A model generated the notes under the pieces. That model ran no database searches. It had not been told where the DNA came from and worked only from the letters and a program-made list of their open reading frames with translations. Made by a program: the position numbers and the translations under genes. DNA of 64,000 bases from a virus: the IMG/VR virus record IMGVR_UViG_3300045988_117002. One strand, written 5' to 3'. Shown here piece after piece: positions 53,950-61,921 of the stretch (position 1 is its first letter; the number at the start of each line of letters is the position of its first letter).

Positions 53950-56530
53950 CGCATATAATAGGAAGTAACCCTTTATCAATCATTGTGATCTGCATAACCT
54001 GTTATCATGCGTAAAATGTACAGATAGCCTTGTAAGCTTGTATTTTGCGTTTTAAGGGCTTTTATATCGTATATGATAATTATTATAGGCTTATATGCTT
54101 AAAGTCATTTATACGGCGTTTTACAAGGTTGTTTTTAAGATAGGATGTACAAAAAGGTTACATCTGGACTGTTTGAAACGTGCAACATGATGATATTTAT
54201 GTATCATTTTAATACATTGTTGAGCGTATTTTTACGTCAAAATGTGCGCTATTTTATGCAAGAATATTGTGTATTTATACATTGTTTGCGATGTGTTTTT
54301 ATGCAAAAATTTGTATAAGATAGCGTTGTTTTTATGGGTGGAATAGGTAAAATATTGCGGTAAAATTGCGGTAAAGTGTGAGTATTTTATCTGATTTATG
54401 ATGTATTTTTATCTTGTTTAATGTGTGGTTTTATCTGTTTTTATGTGGTGTTTTATGTCCTGTTTTGAGATAATTTTGTTGTGATCTGTTGTTATATTTT
54501 AATCTCTGGACGGTGTTAGAATGCTGTATCTATAATGATTTTAGATGATACAGATTGTATAATGTGGCGTGGTTAGTGTGGTTATATTATGCGTTGTTTG
54601 TGTGGTATTATGTTAGATTATGTGAGTATGTATTGTAGTATATTGTATAGTATATCAGAGGTATTATAATAGTAATATTATGTGGTATATTGTAGATGTA
54701 TAGTTGGATATAGATAGATGTATATTGTGAGTTATATGTGATGTATAATGTATATTATGATGTATATTATTGTATGTTTATGGTGTGAATTAAGCGTGAG
54801 TATTTGATGTGATAGTATGTTATGTTAATATGATTTTGTAGTGAGTTTGGGATGTAATCTTGTCTGCTGTTGTGCGTCCAGATTGTTTTATTTCGTCCAG
54901 ATTTGTGTTATGTAAGTGTGTTACAATTTTTGTGTTACATTTGTGTATTATAGTGTAGTGGTGTGCCATCCCATTTTTACCGCTGTTTTTGATGATAAAG
55001 TGGAGTGTATTAGTCTTATTTGTTACGTTTTTGTGGTGTAAGTGGTGATATGATTTTGTGTTATTATTTTGTGTTATAATCTTGTAATCGAATTTTTTGT
55101 TGGAAATCCAACATAACGAACAGAATTGACCAATAGTCATTTATTTACGTTTTTTCGCTCATTTTCTCTTGTTTTCTCTTATTTTCTCACTTTTCCTTTT
55201 TTCGAGTATACTATAATAATATTTATAATTGTATATACAATTAAAATCTCCCGTCCGTGATCTGCGTCCAGAATACCCAATAAAATTTTAGTTTTATCAT
55301 ACTAACTTTTATATCCTGTACCACCCCCATGTTTTTGACCGGAGTAAAAATGTCAAATAATAACAAAACTTGACTTTTTACACTTCCTACAAAAGTGCAA
55401 AAGTTAGTTTTATTCAACAATAGCAAGGCTTTTCGGGAATTGCATATTACACTATTTTAATCCGATTTTATGATCCTGTTTTATAATGTATACCAGTAGG
55501 ACGGGGATAGTTTACATTTGTAATTTTAATATGATATTGTCATATCCACTGATGAGTTCAACTCACACTACTCGTCCAAAAATCAAAACTGGTAATCCAT
55601 CATCCCACACTCGCCTCCAACAGAAAAAATTCTCACCCTCACATCACCTCACAAATTGCACCAAATCTACACACAACTCACCAAAATAATCAAAATGAGT
55701 TCGAGACGGAGTTCGACCGCACCCTTACATGTCAACGCAAAATAAATTTTCTGACAATTCTAAATCACCAATTTTCACCCAAAATTACCTATCCCAAATC
55801 ACAATATCCCTTGCAAAATCTAACAATTTACGAAGTCCTCTCGAAGCGATACCATCACATAATAAATTTAATCTGCGCACAATTCCAAATAATTTACTCC
55901 ATCTTCATCCTGCAATATCCCAAATTCCCTTGCCACATCTACCTAAAACGCAGCAATCACTTCTTATTATAAGCACACATCACTCTCCCATCTCAATCAA
56001 AATTATCACCCAAAACACTCCCCTCGAAGTCCCAAATCTCAGCTTACCAGAAAATACCCATCTAAATTGTGTTAAACTTTCGCACAATTCTAATCACTAA
56101 AATTTACTTAAAAAATATATCATAAAAACTTGAAGTGCCAAATTGACACCTCAAGATACAATCATCAAAAACTCTAAAATCAATTTTATTCTCACTATTC
56201 TAATGTACAACTTAAAGCAGACATCACAACTACCCTCACCTGAGCAACTTAGCATCTGCATATTACAATTTTCAAATTAAATCTACATCATATTATCTGC
56301 AATAAATATCTCAAACAGAGAATCTTATATACAAAGATATATAGGGGGTACTTTTACATCTACAAAAAATCACTACTCTCATATCCCACCTAACCTCAAA
56401 TTTTCACCAGCAAAAATAAATCCTATTTATTTCAAATAGAGAATCTACAACCAGTAACATGCAAACTAAATATTTCAATACGCAAAGAGAGAAATAATAA
56501 TTATCAAAAATCATTAAAATAAAAAGGAGA
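53950..56530. other. 2.6-kb gene desert: C-free arm, palindromic core, G-poor arm
   Basis: 2 C in 54601-54840; mostly 1-3 G per 60 nt in 55490-56500; dispersed degenerate repeats; the track ORFs here lack SD sites and are low-complexity. Confidence 0.7.
55227..55242. repeat. perfect 16-bp palindrome AATTGTATATACAATT at the composition switch
   Basis: Read directly; flanked by three 10-bp-phased TTTTCTC repeats (55162-55188) and a CGTCCAGA motif (55265-55272). Confidence 0.85.
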
Positions 56531-56538
56531 TTACACAA

Positions 56539-57162
56539 ATGAATAATAAAATTAACAGTAATGAATATTTGACTAAATATTTTAATGGCACAAGATTATA
56601 TCCTATCAATCTTATTAATTATTTTAAACATTATTACAATTATGATTTTTGCTACCAACATAATGATAATAATTTTGATGGATCTTTAGATATTATTTTG
56701 GATTATCAAGATGCATATAGATTAATTACTTCAAATATATTTCAACCACTTACAATATACAAATGGAATTTTTCATCGGCAACATTAAACAAAATCAAAT
56801 CCATAACAAACAAATATCTTGCCGATAAGAGAATATACATACCAAAAATAACACCAAAATCATACTACTATCTCTCAAGGGGATATGGTAAATCAATCAG
56901 AGAATTGCGTTATTTCATAAAACTAATATCAGATTCAGAAAAGAGTCAATTTTCATATAATCCATATTCATCAGAATATACAGTGCAAAATTATAAATCT
57001 GATATGGAGAATTTATATAAGAAGATAATATCTGAAAAGATACTTAACTCATATGAAACACAAAATAACTCTACAAAACAGAAAAGTAATAACAAAGAAG
57101 AAATGAGCTGCTTAAAAATTATTGCCGATAAAAACAATATAAATAAGAAATTTCACAAATAA
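56539..57162 (+). CDS. hypothetical protein
   Basis: AAAGGAGA SD; first gene after the desert. Confidence 0.6.
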   Translation: MNNKINSNEYLTKYFNGTRLYPINLINYFKHYYNYDFCYQHNDNNFDGSLDIILDYQDAYRLITSNIFQPLTIYKWNFSSATLNKIKSITNKYLADKRIYIPKITPKSYYYLSRGYGKSIRELRYFIKLISDSEKSQFSYNPYSSEYTVQNYKSDMENLYKKIISEKILNSYETQNNSTKQKSNNKEEMSCLKIIADKNNINKKFHK

Positions 57163-57177
57163 AGGAGATCAACCATT

Positions 57178-57720
57178 ATGAGAAAATCAAAAGACGACAA
57201 AAATAACACAACTACTACTATCACACCATTGACATCTAATGAGACACCAATTGAGATTGCATTACAGATTGACAAAGATGGAATGACAACGGCAAGTAAA
57301 CTATATGCTTTCTTAGAATTATTACCATCAAATTTTGCTAGATGGTGTAAGAAAAATATCGTAAATAATAAATTTGCAACTGAAAATGAAGATTATTTCC
57401 CGTTCATCATGCAAGAAGAACGAGATAAACCAAAAAATCCAAAACCAAAAACAGACTATAAACTTACATCTGAATTTGCAAAGAAACTTTCAATGACAGG
57501 TAACACTGAAAAACATGAGAAAGCAAGAAATTATTTTATTGCTTGTGAGCAAGGATTAAAAATCGCTACCGCTAAATTACAGGCAAGAAATGATGATATT
57601 CAAGCTTTAGCACAGAGTGTAAATAATCTTGTACAAAAGATTGATAATAAATTTGATTCATTAGAAGCTAGAATATCTACATTAGAAAACACTACCCCAA
57701 AATCATTACCAAAGAAATAA
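57178..57720 (+). CDS. phage antirepressor (AntA-like N-terminus plus ANT/KilAC-like domain)
   Basis: MTTASKLYAFLELLPSNFARWCKKNI...ENEDYFPF and DYKLTSEFAKKLSMTGNTEKHEKARNYFIACEQ. Confidence 0.6.
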   Translation: MRKSKDDKNNTTTTITPLTSNETPIEIALQIDKDGMTTASKLYAFLELLPSNFARWCKKNIVNNKFATENEDYFPFIMQEERDKPKNPKPKTDYKLTSEFAKKLSMTGNTEKHEKARNYFIACEQGLKIATAKLQARNDDIQALAQSVNNLVQKIDNKFDSLEARISTLENTTPKSLPKK

Positions 57721-57744
57721 CGGTTCACATACTGGCAATCCAAG

Positions 57745-58038
57745 ATGTTTCCTAAATATCAAGCATTAGCAGAATATTTTGAAATCCAACTGAAAGATCT
57801 CTATAAGAATCTATATAGAGAATTTCAGAATATGTATCCTGATATTGAGCTAAACCAGATTGTAGATGATTATTGCTACGAGAATAAATTAGAAACTTGT
57901 TACACCTTAGACGCAATAGAACACGATAAAACTGTAAGAGTATTATTTGAGCAGTTAGTAGATACTCTTTTGGAGAAATATGATTTAGTACTTCATAAAG
58001 AGAAACTTATAGTATCAACAATTTTTGACACAAAATAA
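57745..58038 (+). CDS. hypothetical protein
   Basis: Co-directional + strand ORF. Confidence 0.5.
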   Translation: MFPKYQALAEYFEIQLKDLYKNLYREFQNMYPDIELNQIVDDYCYENKLETCYTLDAIEHDKTVRVLFEQLVDTLLEKYDLVLHKEKLIVSTIFDTK

Positions 58039-58101
58039 TTATCCTTTGTGAGAACAAATAAAAAATACACCAAAAATCAATTTGAAGGGAGAAACACATA
58101 A

Positions 58102-58308
58102 ATGTCCACTAAGTCCATTACAATTGAAAATCACAGCCCAAAATATAATAGATTACTGAAAAACTTAGCAAACCAATCAACTGATACTATTCTGGAATGG
58201 AAAACGTATTTCAAAAAATGTAAAGTAAATCCAAAATGCAACACTGACTATTTCATAATGACTATTCAAGTGTGTGAAGATATTCTAAAAGAAAGAAGAG
58301 AGAAATAA
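58102..58308 (+). CDS. hypothetical protein
   Basis: GAAGGGAGA SD. Confidence 0.5.
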   Translation: MSTKSITIENHSPKYNRLLKNLANQSTDTILEWKTYFKKCKVNPKCNTDYFIMTIQVCEDILKERREK

Positions 58309-58313
58309 TACAT

Positions 58314-58520
58314 ATGACCGATTTAGAAAAGAAATTAAATAAGATTTACAATTATGCTGATTTAATCCATTCGGAGAATCTACTAATACTATCAATTATT
58401 GGCTCTCTGTTAAGAGAAGTTGATAAACCAGAGATTGAAAAATGTATCAAAACTTATATTCAGCAAAGAGAGAATATTCAAAAAGGAGTATACGAAGATG
58501 ATGTTGAGATTACACAATAA
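58314..58520 (+). CDS. hypothetical protein
   Basis: Co-directional ORF. Confidence 0.5.
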   Translation: MTDLEKKLNKIYNYADLIHSENLLILSIIGSLLREVDKPEIEKCIKTYIQQRENIQKGVYEDDVEITQ

Positions 58521-58543
58521 TACAAGCAAGATGTGGTTTTTTA

Positions 58544-58588
58544 AAATATATTTTATTTATGAATGTAATGAATAAATAAAATATATTT
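58544..58588. repeat. 17-bp perfect A/T-only inverted repeat
   Basis: aaatatattttatttat and ataaataaaatatattt with an 11-nt loop, just after 58314..58520. Confidence 0.7.
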
Positions 58589-58624
58589 AGTCTGTCTTAT
58601 TAAAAAGTAGTATATCTTCTTTCT

Positions 58625-58704
58625 GTTCAGTTTATGGGAACTGGGTATTGTCAGATGAACACTCATTTGAGGTTTTCATAGGACTCAGCGCACATAAACT
58701 GAAC
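58625..58704 (+). promoter_or_regulatory. 12-bp long-range stem in the leader of the GIY-YIG gene
   Basis: gttcagtttatg (58625-58636) pairs with cataaactgaac (58693-58704); the 5' arm belongs to a TAGTATAT...TGTTCAGTTTAT motif also found at 60590-60624. Confidence 0.5.
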
Positions 58705-58713
58705 GCTCGTAAA

Positions 58714-59901
58714 ATGAATATGGGGGTGAGAATCATTAATAAAAACACAAATAATTATAAAGTGTATATACATACTAACATATTAAATAATAAGAAATAT
58801 ATTGGTATAACAAAAACATCAGAAAGAGAAAGATGGAATAACGGAAATGGTTATCATAAAAATCAAAAATTCTATAAAGATATTCAAAAATATGGTTGGG
58901 TTGATGGATTCACTCATGAGATCATACAAGACAATTTATCATATAGTGAAGCAAGGCGTTTAGAGAAGTATTATATATCAAAATATAATTCTGTTTCAAA
59001 TGGATATAACAATGAAAATTTTAATTTAAGTGGATCTTTACAATTTGATTTTGATAATTTCATTCCAATAGATAATCCTGATGGAGAAATAAATAATAAC
59101 AAGGAATATTTTACAAGAGTACCAAATGAATTTATACAAATTGATATTAGAAAGAAATATAATCTTCACAGAATATTTTATGTTGTATATATTCTTATTG
59201 ATAAACATAGAAGTTACGAGGATAAATCATACATTGTAATTTCAGAAATATTTGATTTATGTGGTTATAAACTTGGTAAAAATAAACCAAAGGTATTTTA
59301 TGAAATTATAAAATGTTTACTATTCTTAAATGAAAGTAACATGATTAGAATTACATCTAATTTTGATATTTACGCCGTTGGATATACTGATTGTATTCAA
59401 ATGGATATTATATCTTCTAATTTTGACGCAACAGATAAATTCTCAAAAATTACATCTTCGCAACTTGACTTCATAATGATGAGTGAATTAAGTATTAACA
59501 AAGAGAATATATTAATGGCATTCCTTTATATCAATTCTTATATTTTCATTCGTCCAAAGAATAAAAATAATGAAGAAATAATAAGTGATCCGAAATCTAA
59601 ACCAGAAGCATTTTTTCGCAGCATGGAAAGTATGGCAAAAGAATTGGCAATTTCAAAAGATACATTAAATCAATGTATTCAATGTTTAACTTCTTCTAGC
59701 GAAAACCAAAAACCTCTTTTGATAAAAAGAGAAGTAGGTAGTATACAACCAGATCCTAAAAAGCCACCACAAAATGTTCCAAATATCTATGTACTTAATA
59801 AAGAAGGATATGAACAAGAAATTGAATGGGCTATTTTAAAGATGCTAGAAGTATATAATGTAGATTCATTTGGAGAATTAACAGGTAAGGATGTGAAATA
59901 A
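58714..59901 (+). CDS. GIY-YIG nuclease domain fused to a ~250-aa wHTH-like C-terminal region
   Basis: YKVYIHTNILNNKKYIGIT, RWNNGNGY, ARRLEKYYISKYNS..NGYN (GIY-YIG core). Start uncertain: ATG 58714 or 58720 lack an SD, while ATT 58735 lies 8 nt after GGGGGTGAG. Confidence 0.75.
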   Translation: MNMGVRIINKNTNNYKVYIHTNILNNKKYIGITKTSERERWNNGNGYHKNQKFYKDIQKYGWVDGFTHEIIQDNLSYSEARRLEKYYISKYNSVSNGYNNENFNLSGSLQFDFDNFIPIDNPDGEINNNKEYFTRVPNEFIQIDIRKKYNLHRIFYVVYILIDKHRSYEDKSYIVISEIFDLCGYKLGKNKPKVFYEIIKCLLFLNESNMIRITSNFDIYAVGYTDCIQMDIISSNFDATDKFSKITSSQLDFIMMSELSINKENILMAFLYINSYIFIRPKNKNNEEIISDPKSKPEAFFRSMESMAKELAISKDTLNQCIQCLTSSSENQKPLLIKREVGSIQPDPKKPPQNVPNIYVLNKEGYEQEIEWAILKMLEVYNVDSFGELTGKDVK

Positions 59902-60039
59902 ATTTGACGGATAGAAAGGACGTTGATGATACACATGATTGAATAAATAAAAAAGAGAATATACATATATAACTATTAACCAGTATCACAAAAAGGAGTG
60001 ATGCAATTATGAATTTTAAATCAAAGGAGAACATTAAAT

Positions 60040-60282
60040 ATGACAGAAACAGAAAACAGAAAAAACCATGAATACAGCTATAACAAATATTATACTATGC
60101 CAAGCAGAGAAGAATTACATAGAGGATATAGTGGTTGGTTAAACAATGCGGATTTCATTATGTCAAGAGGAAATAATCAAAAACAATCCAGAATTGCGGA
60201 AAAAATTGCATCCGATTGGCGATTAGATGAACAATTTCATAAAAATATTATTAGTAAAGAAAGAGAGAAAAACAATGACTGA
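60040..60282 (+). CDS. hypothetical protein
   Basis: AAAGGAGAA SD. Confidence 0.5.
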   Translation: MTETENRKNHEYSYNKYYTMPSREELHRGYSGWLNNADFIMSRGNNQKQSRIAEKIASDWRLDEQFHKNIISKEREKNND

Positions 60283-60592
60283 AAGAAATTTTGATAACAA
60301 TAATGAAAATTGTATTGAATTCCTATCTGGTGAACGATATGCCGTTGCAACTTTTACAAACAGGAAACATATCACTCGTTTGAAGAAAATTTATGCTGAA
60401 AGAAAAGATGAGATTAAATACTTTAGAGAAAATAAAGATGGTAGTATTTGTGTGAAATTTCCTCTTAAATGGGTAAAGATAAATCCTGGCTCTATACCTG
60501 ATCCAAATAAACCCAAAAAAGTATTAACAGAAGAACAAAAGGAAAAATTGATACAGAATTTGCAAAAATATCGTGAGTCTAAAAAGAAATAG
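60275..60592 (+). CDS. hypothetical protein
   Basis: ATG 60275 overlaps the upstream stop. Confidence 0.5.
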   Translation: MTERNFDNNNENCIEFLSGERYAVATFTNRKHITRLKKIYAERKDEIKYFRENKDGSICVKFPLKWVKINPGSIPDPNKPKKVLTEEQKEKLIQNLQKYRESKKK

Positions 60593-60759
60593 TATATACC
60601 ACTACTCTCTTATGTTCAGTTTATCGTAAAATTATAAAGAAATGATAGTCAAATTTCAATTCTACGGTATCTATGGTTAAGTTGTTCCACCTACAACTTA
60701 AAATCGAAATTTACCCAAAATTTATCAATATATATTGAGAATAATTAAATAAGGAAAAT

Positions 60760-61203
60760 ATGATGAGAAAAATGGATTACAAATATTTCTCAAAAGCCAA
60801 GCAGATTGCACAGGTGTCTGATTTCCCAAAGGTACATATTGGATGTATCGCTGTTTATCAGAATCGCATTATCGGAATTGGTTGTAATACAAATAAAACT
60901 CACCCTACCCAGAAGTATTATAACCGATACAGAATAGATGACAACGATTTTGATAATTCTGAATCACTTCTACCAAAACTCCACGCAGAAATAAATTGTA
61001 TAAATCAACTGAAACATTTGAATATTAATTTTTCAAAAGTCAAGTTGTACATATATCGCACTAGAAAAGATATTGTGTGTGGAATGGCTAGACCTTGTGC
61101 AAGCTGTATGCAAGCGATAAAGGATCTTGGAATTAGAGAAATATATTATACAACAAATGATGGTTATTCATATGAAAAGTTAGAGAAAGGATGTGTTGCT
61201 TAA
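60760..61203 (+). CDS. CMP/dCMP-deaminase-fold zinc enzyme (dCMP deaminase-like)
   Basis: LHAEINCI (HAE) and PCASCMQAI (PCxxC) zinc-binding motifs, 147 aa. Confidence 0.8.
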   Translation: MMRKMDYKYFSKAKQIAQVSDFPKVHIGCIAVYQNRIIGIGCNTNKTHPTQKYYNRYRIDDNDFDNSESLLPKLHAEINCINQLKHLNINFSKVKLYIYRTRKDIVCGMARPCASCMQAIKDLGIREIYYTTNDGYSYEKLEKGCVA

Positions 61204-61424
61204 TGGTGTGCGCAGGTTGCCACATGAGTTATTGTCCGTCAACGTATCCTAACTATATTCCTGAGAATGTAACTCACTACTGCTCTATTTGCGGTAATGG
61301 AATTTACAATGGAGAAGAATTTATAAGGAATGATGGTGATTATGCTCATTGGGAATGTATTGACGGAAAGAATGACTTAGCTGAATGGTTAAATTATGAG
61401 ATTGGAATTATGGAGGAAAATTAA
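61203..61424 (+). CDS. small Cys-rich protein
   Basis: CAGCH...CSICGNG...HWEC; TAATG overlap with the deaminase stop. Confidence 0.5.
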   Translation: MVCAGCHMSYCPSTYPNYIPENVTHYCSICGNGIYNGEEFIRNDGDYAHWECIDGKNDLAEWLNYEIGIMEEN

Positions 61425-61425
61425 A

Positions 61426-61863
61426 ATGGGAAGTAAATATTATTGTAACGATTGTGGAGAAATTTACGATAGCTCTTTATTAAGAACTGATTTATATAGT
61501 GCGTATGATATGCCTTGTCCTAAAGCAGGATGCAATGGATCAATGTATGAAGTAGATGAATTAATGTTACCAATAATTAAAATTTTGAATGAAAAAGGGT
61601 ATACAACCAAGTTTTGTTGTTCTGGTCATTATTATCATAGTCCTTCTAGTGGATATTTATGGTTTGAAGAATGGGTTGAATTACCGAATTTACCAGAAGG
61701 ATTTTCAATTGATAAAAATACAGAAGTTGGAATTTGTATTCGCCCCACAAGAGCATTTGATAAAAATCATTATGAATCTACGGACAAAGATTTTAGCATT
61801 ATTTGTGACGAAGCAAAGTCTTTATTTGAATGGGCGGTAAATCTCCCAGAAGTGGATTATTAA
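61426..61863 (+). CDS. zinc-ribbon protein
   Basis: CNDCGE...CPKAGC; ATG 61426 behind GGAGGAAAATTAAA. Confidence 0.55.
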   Translation: MGSKYYCNDCGEIYDSSLLRTDLYSAYDMPCPKAGCNGSMYEVDELMLPIIKILNEKGYTTKFCCSGHYYHSPSSGYLWFEEWVELPNLPEGFSIDKNTEVGICIRPTRAFDKNHYESTDKDFSIICDEAKSLFEWAVNLPEVDY

Positions 61864-61921
61864 TTGGGGGTGAGTTGTCATTAGTGAATATGGAATTAAG
61901 ATAAAAAATATAAGTGCAGGT

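Noticed and set aside
54820-56100. Track ORFs 54820..55140 (-), 55486..55689 (+) and 55729..56100 (+) inside the gene desert
   Set aside because: They have no SD, and their translations are low-complexity (T/N/H/K/P/S-rich). They exist because G-poor sequence can only form TAA stops. I treat them as non-coding.
54300-56500. The two skewed arms as a long inverted repeat (giant hairpin)
   Set aside because: Spot checks show shared motifs (for example CGTCC-type) in the same orientation in both arms. The arms are compositionally complementary but not reverse-complementary in sequence.
53950-56530. Possible CRISPR array or regular tandem array in the repeat-rich desert
   Set aside because: The repeats are short, degenerate and irregularly spaced. 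There is no unit of 25-40 bp recurring at constant period with unique spacers.
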